Below, piece after piece: positions 26,501 through 39,274 of a DNA stretch of 64,000 nucleotides. The translations under genes were made by a program, and so were the position numbers. The stretch's first letter is position 1. Each line of letters begins with the position of its first letter. The notes below the pieces were generated by a model, which ran no database searches, had not been told where the DNA came from, and saw nothing but the letters and a program-made list of their open reading frames with translations. The stretch is from Takakia lepidozioides. Its lineage: Eukaryota; Plantae; Bryophyta. The stretch covers positions 16,492,001-16,556,000 of the forward strand of contig CM060732.1 of NCBI GenBank assembly GCA_030704615.1, written 5' to 3'.

Positions 26501-28010
26501 TTCAGAGGTCCCTAAAAACCTCCAAATTCGCAGTTCTACATGGAAAAAACGACACAAGAATACAGAAATATACACTTCAAATACCAGATTTGTTTCTTGG
26601 AGGTCACACCTGTACAACACTCGTTTCATTGTTTGCCTGCTGTTGTACAGGTTTTTGAATTCGTAGGACCTGGAGATTCCTTTGTCTCTCTCAAACTCCC
26701 TGAAGAAACAGTTGTTCCAGACAGTGAGCTTCCATCTCCTGATATAGGCCTCCAGTGTGATCCGGGGGCAAGCCATCTGGATTTTGTAGTCTGCCATTGA
26801 CTCCCCAAGTGTAGCCACCACTCGTTTTTCCAACTGCAGCAAGAAAGATCATAAGAATTGTGGAAAGAGCACGGAGCAGCACAAGCATTTGAAAATGGTT
26901 TTGTGGAAACCTTACCTGGCTCCAGAAGGTTGCTTTGTGTAGCCACTGGTCGAATGTGTGGTCGCTAACAACTTTTATTGCTTGTGTCTTTGAGTCCCTC
27001 TCAGGAGATGGGAACATGTTGGTGTCTCTCACAAGTGGATCAGAATTCCAGATCTCCAACCACCTAATTTTGGTTGAATTGTCCACCATTGAAATGGAAA
27101 GGCGATGCAGTTTCTCTTGGGTCATCTCTGGCTTGGAGCCATATTTGTCATAATGTGCTTTCACCTGTTCCAGAAATTCCGTGCCAAGACTTGGTTCTGC
27201 TATGCGGATTTGTTTGTCGAACGCACTCATGAGGTTTTTCCTTTGATTGTTCATCTCGAATTTCATAATGTCCTCAAGCCCAATTGCAGACCTCTGCTCT
27301 TCTGTGTGGGAAGCATAGTACTCTGCTTTCGCCTTCAAACCAGTTTTTGCTATTTCTTGTTGCATACATTACAAGGAGAAAGAATCAAACACTGCCATTT
27401 TTTGATAAAATTTGCAGTAACAACAATCAAACAGATGTCAAGAAGCTTACCGTGTACATGTAGTCAAGAAAAGCCTCCCTTGTCAGGCTGTACCATGTGC
27501 TTGTCTTCTTTTCAGCACACCTCTTAATCTGAGGACTGAGCACGTTTGTGAATGACTCCAGTGGCATCAGCCCTATCTTCTGGATACAGAATAGAGTGTG
27601 GCAGAGATTTGTTGTCACATGGGAGGTTTCGTTGGACCTGGAAAAACCTTCAACTCATAAGATGATTTCTAATTGTGCAAACGCAGATCGGAACGGGAAT
27701 AATGTTGGTAACTTACTTGTTTATGTCGTGCATGGCTGACAAGAGCTGCGTGACACGTCCTTTGTGGTCGAGTACCATGGAAACCACGCTCCAGTGCCAT
27801 TTGATCTCGTCCGAGTGCAAGCTTGAAATGTAATCCATCTAAGCAAGCAGTCTATGGTTCCCATCCCAGACAAAAAACATCTTTCCCATAAACGTTTTTG
27901 TGGAGGCCTTTTTGGACAGCTTGAACTCAAACTCCCTGTTTACATCCCGCCAACATGCATCCCAACTTTGCTCTATGTCCTCTGTTACAAGACACTCCTC
28001 TCCTTTCGTA
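23532..28010 (-). pseudogene. ParB-MTase cargo gene, copy C (5'-truncated)
   Basis: FFVWDGNHRLL (~27850); NLVVLDIPDG...YWQWAFSFSNKFLSDSGALLL (24547-24882); PWRGAREKSPALMHTLVETCSRHGGRVVDLSMGTG|gt (~24180-24290). Conserved intron positions. Confidence 0.8.
25765..26480. repeat. Dispersed palindromes AATCAACCTTGCGTTGACGCAAGGTTGATT (consensus) inside intron ~25641-26610
   Basis: Copies at about 25765, 25900, 25985, 26080, 26170, 26335 and 26455. Confidence 0.8.
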
Positions 28011-29959
28011 AACTGCCTCCGACTCTGTATGTAATACGTTCACTTCTTGCAACTTGCCCTCATGCTTCACCTGCAATTGGTATAACTGTTGTTTATGTGC
28101 CTCATGCAACTGGTCCTGCTCGAGGCCTGCTTCAATCAAATGTCCCTTGGCCAACTGCAAGGCAGCCTTTGTGTCCTCCAACTCTTGCTGTAACTGGAGA
28201 TTGACCTCCTCATCTACCTTGTTAGCACACTCAGTGGCAATTCAAGCCTCAAACTCCTTCCTGAGTTCCTCCCTCAAAGCTGCCAATTGGGTAGATGGAA
28301 CATGGGATTTCACATAAGTGCCCAACAAATTAAGTGTCCTGCTTATGGAACTCATAAGCATGGCCTGCTGGGGGTCATCATGGTGAACTTGCTGCTGTTC
28401 TCCCTGATCCTCCACAGTGTGATGCCTCACCAACCATTCAGGCCATTGCCCCACCAGATCCTCTTCCTAAGCCACCTCATCCTCCACAGGTGTTGCAGTG
28501 TCCTTATATTCTACCCCTGGTACCTCCGTCACAAGTGTGGGGATTACATGCACAGCAGGGTTTTCCCTGGACAAACGCTGCACCTCTAGAACCACTGATT
28601 CCCTTACCAAGCCAGAGTTTTCATAGAGAAGGTCACCCTTCTCAATTTCAGCCACAACCTGCTCTGTAGTGGGAATGTCCAACCTTTCGCCGTCCAGAGC
28701 AATTGGGGGTGGTGTCACAGCATGTTCTAACTGTGGAACCTCTAAGACAACTGAGTCAACTGGTTGTGGTGGCTGTGGTACCGAATTGACTTCCTTTTCC
28801 CTCTCCGAAGGCCGTGCTTCCAATAATAATAGCCCCCTGTGCTGCTGTGCCCCATCCTGCACAAGAGCTTGGGAAACATCTCCTTTTGTATTCCGTGAAG
28901 CCAGTGGATCCGCCACTACAGTCATACCCCGCTTCTGTCTCTTAGACTGGTGTTGCCCTGCCAGTCCACCCTCACTATGTGAGGAGCCCTGCTCTTCAAT
29001 TGCAGTGGTTACTGCCTCAAATACTCCCATCTCCTTACGTTCCCGAGTATCAAGTATGCAAGAGTCAAGAATGATTTGGGCAATGACTGGACCAGACACA
29101 ATGATCGGAGACTTAGCAGCAGTGCCCTATAACCTCTTCATCTCGTCCACCAGACCATTGTACATTAACTCCGCCGAAGCTACATCCTCTCCCCTCAAAG
29201 CTTTCAGGATCTCCTCTGTGAATGACCTGCTCAAATATTGTTGGTTCTGTTTCATGGCAAACAGAACGTTCAATATTTGGCCAACTTCTCTGAGCCCTGG
29301 GTACTCGGCTTTGGTACAAGCGTAACCTTGAGTCTTAAAGAAACTCCCTTCTTGGAACAAATTCCCTATTTGCAATCTTGCCATGTGCTCATCCACATCC
29401 ACATGACCCGATGGCAAATCAAACAATTGCTGCAAGTACTGGGGAGTAATTTCTATATCTACTCCCCTCACCTGGGTAACTCCTGTTCGAGGTTCAAAGT
29501 TCTGAAGAAATTGAATCATATACTGCTGATGATGCAAGGACCAGTCCTTGCGTAGCAGCCCCTCCAATTACAACTCCCTCAGCAGCTGCACTGCCTGCGG
29601 TGTAGCAATTGTTTGCTTCTGCAGAATCGTGGTGCTCTTCACCCTGATATCCTCCATTTCCCTCATTCTCTTTATTCTAGACAAACAAAAAGGCCTTGTT
29701 TGAAACAGCTAAAGGAAAGCTTGCAGGGCAAAGAGCATAAAGGTATGGTTGGCACAGAATGGAACAGGTAAGTGCGTGTAAGCCTGTGGGGCTTGCAAGT
29801 ATCGAGTGAGAGAAAATGTACTCTCAATTTGTCCATCCTTGCGCCACTGCGTGAGAAGTAAAGCGAGCGTGTAATCCGTTACATCCGCCATAGCTACAAA
29901 GCTAGTGCTTTGATTGCCCCTCCCGTCAAGACACTGGCTATTCGGAGCCACCCCGACTC
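28011..29959 (-). mobile_element. Fragment of Ty3/Gypsy 3' region with additional ORF (decayed)
   Basis: Homologous to 58097-59190 (QFLQNFEPRTG...FFKTQGYACTKA.YPGLREVGQILNVLFAMKQNQ), with a coiled-coil tail. Interrupted at 29960 by copy D. Confidence 0.75.
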
Positions 29960-32900
29960 GGGGGGTGCTATTCCGTGAGCCTGGAGCCGTGAGCCTGTGA
30001 GCCCAGGAAACCGTGAGCCCAGCACAGGCTCACGCCACGTCAGCATACATACAGGGCCTATTTCCGCGGGTGTCACCTATTTCCGCGGGTTGATCAGCCA
30101 TTTCCCGGGAATGCAGAGTGGATATGTTACATCCATTGTATCCATTGCATCCATGCAGACGTTATCAACATACCAAGCCCTCACAAGTTTATGTGGGTAC
30201 GTTGTGAGGAGGTGCACACTGACATGATCTAAAGCGGATCCCTACGAAATCTTTTCTTACTCACCACCCTTGCGAACATGCCAGGTATGTGCGGGAGCAT
30301 CATGGATGCTCATTAGATTTGAGAATGCCTCACAGCTCTTTGATGAGGTGGACTTCACCGTGATGGATTCACCAACCATTCTTCTAGCAGGAATGGTTTG
30401 GAGACCAACGACCAAATGATGCGAGAATGTTGTACACGAACCAAAGTCGTTTGTTTGTTTTTGCAATGCACTCAAGTCTGTGAGGTCCAGAAAACACTAA
30501 ATAGATTGAAGGAACAATCCGGGCAGTCCATGCAACCCCCATCTCCAACAATAGTTTGTTCCCATTAATGTGCATTCCACGCACACATTGCAAACAGGAC
30601 AACAAGGACACACAACCATCCCATTTCAAATTTGGCCCCGAATAAAACCAAAAGAAAACTTCATATCAAGTGTCACAGTCATCAGAATCAGTCTCGACCT
30701 CCTGTGCTATGTCATCCACAAAGATTCTGGCCCCAACACCACGTCTTCTACCACGGCCGTCGATGGGTGGACTCCGAGTGCTATGAACGGTCATGCTAGT
30801 TGCGAGTGCCTCCGCATAGACAGGTAGCATGCAAGACCGAGGAGGACTAGAAAGAAGTCCAAATAGGTGTGATAGCCCTGGAGGGCAAGTGGAAGCACGC
30901 GGACTCCTGCACATGTCGACAAAAACCCATTCAGAACACAATATGCAATACACAAGTCCAACGAAGAGGATGTCTGCCATGTGAACTTTGCCTCAAGAAC
31001 AATGATTCTCGATATTGAAACAACAATGCAAGCATCCACAGGTTGAACTTACTCACAAGCAAAGTCGGAGTCCAGATCCTTGTCGGAAGTCTCCTCTGTA
31101 TCAATATCAGCAGGACAGGGCTTCGAAAGGACTTGAGAAGTGTGTCCACCCAAACCCATCAGGAGGTTCTTGTAAATCTCAGCATCCCCTTCAATCCCAA
31201 AGAGATGTCGCGCACTGGCCTTGCAAGCGTGGTACGAAGCACCTGCAGTGGAATAGAATGAAGGAAGCAGACATTGAAGACACATTTGGAACGGTGGGAA
31301 GTACTGAAAGTGCAAGCTCAATCAAACCTCATGAAATCTGAATGTTGAAGAGACGAACCTGTGCCCATTGACAAATCCAGAACTCTGGCGTCTGTGTAGG
31401 TGCAGCACTCCACAATCGTTTGAATGAAAGTCGGGCTCCTCTCCCTCGCCCCTCTCCAAGGAACCCCATTCCCCCTTCGCAAGCAGACGTTGCTGTCGAC
31501 GTAGTTGTGGTGCATGTCATCCGTGGGAGGATCTGTCCTGTCGTCTATGAACTTGCCCCCATGAGTGATGGCGAACTCCGAAATGCCGGCCGGAGTCGTT
31601 GGTGGATGCACTTGGACGAGACAAACAGCTTCAAACAAACGAGTCTGCGAACAACACATCCACGAGGAACTAAGAAGCTTCAAAAATCAGGCCCCTACAT
31701 ATGAGTTCGAGCGACCTACACAACTCCATCCGAGAACCACCAAGAAGAGGAAGAAGAAGGCAAATTTACCATCTCTCCCGGACGATCCCCCTTCGTAAGG
31801 TACATGCTGTTCACACAATTCCATGTCTTCAGGACTCTCATGCCCGAGGCTTTCAAATAGCTGGCAAGTGCATGGCGACAGCGAACGTCGGCGGACTGTA
31901 TGAGCACCAAAACGCCTGCATCGGACAGGAAAAAATTGCAAAAGGAGAAAACCCACCGCCAGTAGCGCTCATCAAAAGCATTCCAACCCGGACAAGCACC
32001 CAATGGAGGGACATCCGGGACTGCCAACCCATCAGGGATGTCCAAGATTATGAGTTCGGCTGCATATTGCTTCTCCTTCCCGTTCACCCAGGATTTGGTC
32101 ATTTTAGCCTGCAAACAAAATTACAATGGAATACTCAAGAGGATTGAAACGATCCATGCCCACAGCAGAGAAGAAACAAAAGAGAACACGCACCGTGCCG
32201 AGGAACTCCACAATCCTCTCCCACACTGGTGATGGCTCGCCCTTGTAATCAGATTTCTTGGACTCCATCATGGCAAGGAATCCAACGTTGGCCATCTCCA
32301 ACCTGGTAGGGCGAATGACCCTCGTCGGATGTTCCACTGCATGGTATGGGTCCTTGGGATCAACCACCCCCTTGTTATTTCCCACGGATCCCCTACCATG
32401 CGGTGGAGTCTGTTGGACATGCACCACTAGGCCAATATCTACAACACTTCCCTGCCCTTGTGCCACCTTCCCTCTACCCCTTCCTTTCCCCACAACACCA
32501 ACAACATCTTTTCCCTTTGCCTTTCTACCTCTACCCGGGGTATCCTGAGCGGGAGGCTCCTTCTTTGCCAGAGTCCTCAAATTTTGTTCATGAATGTCGA
32601 GGTCGGCTGCTGCGGCAGTGGCAGCAATTCGCTCATTCTCTCTCCTCAAAGACACCTCCGGAGCTGGGGTCTCAAAAGGAGGGCAATCCAAATACCAACC
32701 ACAAGAAGAAAGATTGTCTGGGCCCCAGTCATGCAAAATCCCAGTAGTAAACATGGTCTGGTTGCCAGCAGGGACAAGCCAGAGGTCCACGAAATCTGGA
32801 TGTTTGTCTAAGCAATTCTCTTCCATGAGAACAAACTTTATGTACCTGCAGGAACAGAGACAGCCTCATTATGCAATGCAATTATTGTCTCTCAGCTTTT

Positions 32901-34859
32901 CCATCACACCAGGAAGACCCCCTTAAACTGTATGCGTCACAGTACATTGCAACCACAGCACACTAAGTAGCCTGAACGGCCCAGGGTGTGCACCTGTAAA
33001 GGCATCGTTTCCAGGCTTCCTCTCCTTTTTCTTGCTGGTCAAGGTCATGTGTTCGACTGATGCCACCCTCCTTGCTGAACTCTCTAAAGAAACAAGAGTG
33101 CCACACTGTGGCTCTCCATTTCCTCATGTATGCTTCGAAGGAGACCTTTGGTGCTGTCATAGTGATGCCATAGTCAGCCAGCTGAGTATGCAGAACCGAC
33201 CGTGCCCTTTCTTCCAACTGCAAAACAATTCAAATGCAAGAATGAACCCAAAAACAATCACAGTGAATGTGAGAGGCAATGGAAAGAGAAGGACAGGAAA
33301 AGAGAAAAGAAAGTGACACAGGAAAGGACATCACACCTGGCTCCAGTAAGTGGCCTTGTGAAGCCATGTGTCCAGCACATTGTCACTGACAGGAATGACA
33401 CGATGGGTCTTCTTCTCTTTCTCCGGCCTGGGGAACATGTGGGTATCCCTAACTGTGGGATCGGAGTTCCATATCTGTAGCCACTTCACCTTCTGTTCTG
33501 AAGACACAACGGCGGTAGACAACCTGTGTAACTTCTCCTGGGCCATCTCTGGCTTGTCCGGCTTGTTATAATGGTTTTTTTTATCTCCAGGAGAAACTGC
33601 GATCCGAATGATGGGTCGGCAATTCTCAACTGCTTCACAAAAGCACTCATTATAGTCCTTCTTGTAGCGGTCATCTCTTTCTGGATGTGACTCTCAACCC
33701 CCTTTGCTGTCCTTCTCTCCTCAGGGGTTGACCTGTAGTATTCCAGTTTGCCACGCTCCCCTGCATCTGCAATGTCTTGCTGCAAGGGAATGCACGAGAG
33801 TTGCATCAACCCAAGGGCAAGGGAAACAAACAGAAACAAACATGTGAAAGCAGGAATATGGAAAGGGCAGATGAAGGAAGATGTATCTCACCGTGTACAT
33901 GTACTCCATGAAAGCCTCACGTGTCAATGAGTACCACGTTTCCGATGTCTTGGAGCTTTCGCACTTCTTGTACGTCTCTGCTGCAAGGATGGTCTTGAAG
34001 TTGGTCAAGGGCATCTGCCCGATCCTTTGTATCCTATACAGTGTGTGAACCAAACTCGTTTTGACATGCGATGTCTCCGTTCCTCTGCAGAATGATATCT
34101 GAAAGTCAGAATGAAATTCAAGGACTTTAATCAAAGAACCACGGAACTACAAGTGGAACATGTAGAATGAGAAACCAACCTGTTCACATCATTCATTGTC
34201 GTCAGAAGACCCATCATGTTCCCCTCACAATCCAGCACCATCGATCGAACAGAGTAATGCCACTCTTCCTCTTGTGAGTGCAGCCTCCCAATGACAGCCA
34301 TCCATGCAAGCAACCGGTGGTTCCCATCCCAAACGTGAAACATCTTCCCCGAGAATGCATGGGTGGAAGGTTTCCTGGAGAGAAGAAGTTCGAAGGATTC
34401 ATTCACCTGTCTCCAAATAGGATCCCAGGAGTCCACGATTGACTCATCCACAAGGAGCTCATTGCCTTTGGAATCCTTTGTACAAACGTAAAACACTGCG
34501 GATCCATCCAAATACCCATGAACAAACTCGGCCTCTAGTTTGAGAATGTCCTTGATGAGGGGTGGTCGAACGACGGGCATGGAAACCAACTTACACAGGG
34601 GAATCTTCAACCTCCCACCCGGGGCAAGCATACTTTGCACCACAAGCTGAGAGTTTACCTTCTGACCCCCCAGCATCTCAGCGGCTTTGCTTTCATAGAA
34701 CTCATCGTCAACATCAACAATGATCTCCTTCCCCAACCCCGAAGGGATCTCCTCCGCCACACTTTGCATCTTCTCCTGCAGGGTTGTCCATTCAAATTGA
34801 TATAAGAGTGAGGCATGAGACGATGGTGTTTGAGCATGGCAGACAGGCCATGTGTGGAA

Positions 34860-37320
34860 GAAAAGGTGAGCTCAAATAGTGTGCGTTGACGCACACTGTT
34901 TGAGCTGCAAGGTAAGTGTTCATTGAACCTCAATGAGAAGCCCTTAGTGGCCGATTTTCAGATGAAAAAAAAAGAAAATGTGAGCTCAAACATTGTGCGT
35001 TGCGCACACTGTTTGACCTGCAAGGTAAGTGTTCATTGAACCTCAGAGACATGCCAAGTAAGTGTTCATTGAACCTCAAAGAGAAGCCCTTAGTGGCCGA
35101 TTTTTAGATGACAAAGGCAATGACAAGGTGAGCTCAAATAGTGTGCGTTGACGCACACTATTTGAGCTGCCAGGTAAGTGTTCATTGAACCTCAGAGACA
35201 TGCCCTGTATTGCCAAATTTCACAGGGAAAAAATAGTGACAAGGTGGGCTCAAACAGTGTGCGTTGGCGCACACTGTTTGAGCTGCCAGGTAAGTGATGA
35301 TTGATCCTCAAATACAAACCCTATGTGGCCTATTTTCAGATGACAAAGGCAATGACAAGGTGAGCTCAAACAGTGTGTGTTGACGCACACTGTTTGAGCT
35401 GCCAGGAATGTGATGATTGATCCTCAAATACATGCCCTTTGTAGCCATTTCTCAGATGATAAAATAACTAGAAGGTGAGCTCAAACAGTGTGCGTTGACG
35501 CACACTGTTTGAGCTGCCATGTAAGTGATGATTGATCCTCAAATACATGCCGTTTGTGACCGATTTTCATATGAAAAATCAATGAGAAGGTGGGCTCAAA
35601 CAGTGTGCGTTGGCGCACACTGTTTGAGCTGCCAGATAAGTGTTCATCGATCCTCAGAGACATGCCCTATGTGGCCGATTTTCAAACGAAAAAGGCAATG
35701 ATAAGTGTAGCTCAAACAGTGTGTGCCAACGCACACTGTTTGAGCTGCCAGGTAAGTGATGATTGATCCTCAAATTCATACCCTATGTGGCCGATTTTCA
35801 GATGACAAAGGCAATGACAAGGTGAGCTCAAACAGTGTGCGTTGACGCACACTACTTGAGCTGCCATGTAAGTGATGATTGATCCTCGAATACATGCCGT
35901 TTGTGGCCGTTTTTCAGATGAAAATTCAATGAGAAGGTGGGCTCAAACAGTGTGCGCCAACGCACACTGTTTGAGCTGCCAAATAAGTGTTCATCGATCC
36001 TAAGAGACATGCCCTATATGGCCGATTTTCAAACGAAAAAGGCAATGATAAGGGTAACTCAAACAGTGTGCGCCAACGCACACTGTTTGAGCTGCCAAGT
36101 AAGTGATGATTGATCCTCAAATTCATACCCTATGTGGCCAATTTTTAGATGACAAAGGCAATGACAAGGTGAGCTCAAACAGTGTACGTTGACGCCCACT
36201 GTTTGAGCTGCCATGTAAGTGATGATTGATCCTCAAATACATGCCGTTTGTGGCCGTTTTTCAGATGAAAAATCAATGAGAAGGTGGGCTCAAACAGTGT
36301 GCGCCAACGCACACTGTTTGAGCTGCCAAATAAGTGTTCATCGATCCTCAGAGACATGCCCTATATGGCCGATTTTCAAACGAAAAAGGCAATGATAAGG
36401 GTAGCTCAATCAGTGTGCGCCAACGCACACTGTTTGAGCTGCCAGGTAAGTGATGATTGATCCTCAAATTCATACCTTATGTGGCCGATTTTCAGATGAC
36501 AAAGGCAATGACAAGGTGAGCTCAAATAGTGTGCGTTGACGCCCACTGTTTGAGACAGATACTCATGAAAAGATTCACTTATCACTCTCTGAAAGGTTGC
36601 TGGTGCATTACAAAGTCCAAAAGGCATGACTGTGATGATTGATCCTCAAATACATGCCGTTTGTGGCCGTTTTTCAGATGAAAAATCAATGAGAAGGTGG
36701 GCTCAAATAGTGTGCGCCAACGCACACTGTTTGAGCTGCCAGATAAGTGTTCATCGATCCTCAGAGACATGCCCTATGTGGCCGATTTTCAAACGAAAAA
36801 GGCAATGATAAGGGTAGCTCAAACAGTGTGCGCCAACGCACACTGTTTGAGCTGACAGGTAAGTGATGATTGATCCTCAAATTCATACCCTATGTGGCCG
36901 ATTTTCAGATGACAAAGGCAATGACAAGGTGAGCTCAAACAATGTGCGTTGACGCACACTGTTTGAGCTGCCATGTAAGTGATGATTAATCCTCAAATAC
37001 ATGCCGTTTGTGGCCGTTTTTCAGATGAAAAATCAATGAGAAGGTGGGCTCAAACAGTGTGCGCCAATGCACACTGTTTGAGCTGCCAGATAAGTGTTCA
37101 TCGATCCTCAGAGACATGCCCTATGTGGCCGATTTTCAAACGAAAAAGGCAATGATAAGGGTAGCTCAAACAGTGTGCGTCAACGCACACTGTTTCAGCT
37201 TCCAATTCGTGGTGGATTGAACCTGCCCTAGTTCCCCAATTTGGCCGTTTCGCACATCAACAAGCCAACAAAATGGAAGGCTCAAACAGTGTGCGTCAAC
37301 GCACACTGTTTGAGCTTCTT
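34860..37320. repeat. ~116-bp satellite with 347-bp trimeric higher-order repeat; each monomer holds a 38-bp palindrome AGCTCAAACAGTGTGCGT-TG-ACGCACACTGTTTGAGCT or a variant
   Basis: AATGAGAAGG marker at 35581, 35928, 36275, 36688 and 37035 (spacings 347, 347, 413, 347). Located between exons of the cargo gene. Confidence 0.92.
36556..36628 (-). other. 73-bp filler copied from Ty3/Gypsy reverse transcriptase
   Basis: Matches 62077-62149 with one mismatch and encodes MPFGLCNAPATFQRVISESFHEYL. Confidence 0.9.
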
Positions 37321-38707
37321 GTTTGTGGTTGATGCAACCTGGCAGAGATGCCGTGTGTAGACTATGTTCATATCGAAATAGAATCTCAACTTGGGTTCAC
37401 ATCAACAATGAAGCACAAAGGTGGGTTTCAAAGATTGTACCTTTTTTTTGGTTTCTCCAGAAGACTCCCCAATCATCGGGGACCCTTTGCGCTTCGGACT
37501 GCTCTCCACGCCTCACATGTTCTGGAGCATCTCCCCCATCCTCTCTTCCACTATTAGGTTCTTCGTGAGGCCAACGTCAACATCATCTTCGGCGTCTGCC
37601 TCTCCCTCGGATGCAGTGTCCTCCTCATCTGTTCTTGGAACTATAGCAGGCTGCTGTTCTTCTCCGGATTCCTGCTCTTCCATCGCCAAACTTTCCTCTT
37701 TGCCCTCTTCTTCCGCCTTTTCCTCTTCAGCCACTCTTTCCATCCTCATTCTATATCTGGCTCTATTCCTGTTTCTAGAGCTCGTGAAGTATAATGACTT
37801 CCTTCTCTTCCTCCTCCGCTGGAAACAAGGGCTCCCCACGATGCCTCTAGAGCTCTCCAGTTTGACGTTTGCAACAAGGGTTGCTATTGCATGTAACCAA
37901 AATCAAAATTGGACATTGTCAACCGTATTTGGATGCGGGTGTTGTTATTGTGTGCGAACGGAATTCATCCATTTTGGCGTCTTTGTATTATTCAAGAAAT
38001 AAAGTGCTAGAAAATATGTACATCCGTTGCATGTACTTGTGATATATGTCAGATGTACTTCGACGCCTGCCAATATATGGCGGCCTTCTTGCATTGTTTC
38101 AAATTCGGAAGTGCCGTAGAAATCTAATGCTAGTTCAATTTGGAGCAGTTCTTGCAGATTAAATGTTGTGCTTCACATATGCATCCACGTGTATCGTACT
38201 GCCTGCCCTGTGCTTTGCATTTTGCCGTCATCGTCGCCATGGGGTCATTCGGTATAAAGGGTTGTGTCGGAAATGATCTTGTGTTGCACACATCCGTGCG
38301 AGGTGACTCTTGGAGTGTCAGTGTTTGTGTTGTGCTCTTCTGGCACGGCACAACCTCATTACATTCGGGGTCTTCCTGTTTACTGCTCTCCACGGTTGTT
38401 GCCGTCTTTCCATAAAGGATGGTTTCATGTCATGTTCAGGGTTTGTTTTTCATCCAAAAACAGCACGGCTTCTTGTGGCTTCCTATATTTGAAAACAGTT
38501 TTTCTAGTTGGTGTCTCTCAGCGTGGTTGTCTGCGAAGTTCAGTGCATGTCATTCCTACATCCTTTTGATGCATCGCCCGCAGCCTTTGGGTTAGTGCTA
38601 CCCTTGTTGACCTCAATTTTTTTGTGGTGGATCCCCTTTCGAGAATTGCGGGCTATTAGTTCGGGGATTCCGTTGTGAATCGAAAGTTTCGGTCAGCGTA
38701 GGAAAAC

Positions 38708-39274
38708 ATGTCCAAGGAGCGAGATAGACAAGCCCAATTTCATTCCAATGTAGGTAGTCTTCCACTGACTGCCACTGCAGACGACGATGGGTTTGCAGTT
38801 GTTCATGAGGATGAGCTGGTTACAGTGTTCCCATTGGAATTGGGTTCTCTGCTTGTTCAAAAAGAGGTGTATGACGAGGATGAGAATTTGGATTCTGGAC
38901 ATTTGGAGAAACCATTGGTTGGCGAGTGTGGAAGGAAGTGGAGAGTCCTTCCAGGCACATACCGTGTCCTTGGAAAAGAGAGAAGACAATCAGCAGGATC
39001 AGTCATTACCCCTGGAACTGCAGCATAGGTTGTGCAGCAAAATGGCATAGTTCATGTGAAACAAGAGGTGAGCACATCCACTACATTCATGACTCTTTCA
39101 GACTCGTCCTCGGAGGATGTTTCTGAGATTCCTCCGCCAGTGCAGACTCCATTCTTGGATGAATCCGAATTGCAAGAGATAACGAGTGTCATTCCAAAAT
39201 TGAAAGCCCTCGCAGGGGTGCCTGGGTGCAAGAGCGAGCTGCGTTTTGTTGATTGGGAGTCCCTTCGTGTGCTG
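38708..39274 (+). pseudogene. N-terminal fragment of GCM/MULE transposase, copy D
   Basis: GRKWRVLPGTYRVLG and KSELRFVDWESLRV align to GIKWHVPPSDTILYQAVG and RSELAALDYAKFPV of 49049-49987. Confidence 0.6.

Larger units (their letters stand above)
23070..28010. mobile_element. Copy C (cargo-gene end of the transposon, truncated)
   Basis: Degenerate terminus near 23070 (GGGGGAATGCTTGCGCATGAGCC). Shares subterminal GGCTCACGCCACGTCAGCA with copy D. ParB-MTase gene on -. Confidence 0.6.
30666..37839 (-). pseudogene. ParB-MTase cargo gene, copy D (best preserved)
   Basis: First exon RRRKRRKSLYF (37513-37839). ParB exon VRPPLIKDILKL...FHVWDGNHRLLAW (34131-34769). ELIILDIPDG...FFLSDAGVLVLI (31716-32114). 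PWRGARERSPTFIQTIVECCTYTDARVLDLSMGTG (31318-31683). ASYHACKASARHLFGIEGDAEIY (31049-31321). Confidence 0.85.
29960..39274. mobile_element. Copy D of the Mutator-like family (reverse orientation, truncated at an LTR)
   Basis: Terminus GGGGGGTGCTATTCCGTGAGC with GTGAGCC subterminal repeats; cargo gene on -; palindrome satellite; transposase N-terminus on +. Confidence 0.75.

Noticed and set aside
34860-37320. CRISPR-like appearance (regular palindromic repeats separated by spacers); also 1440-2260 and 50195-51850
   Set aside because: The spacers are themselves repeated and homologous, the context is eukaryotic with introns, and no cas genes are present.
37877-37893. GGGTTGCTATTGCATG resembling the family terminus
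   Set aside because: No TGAGC subterminal repeats and no junction or TSD; probably chance.
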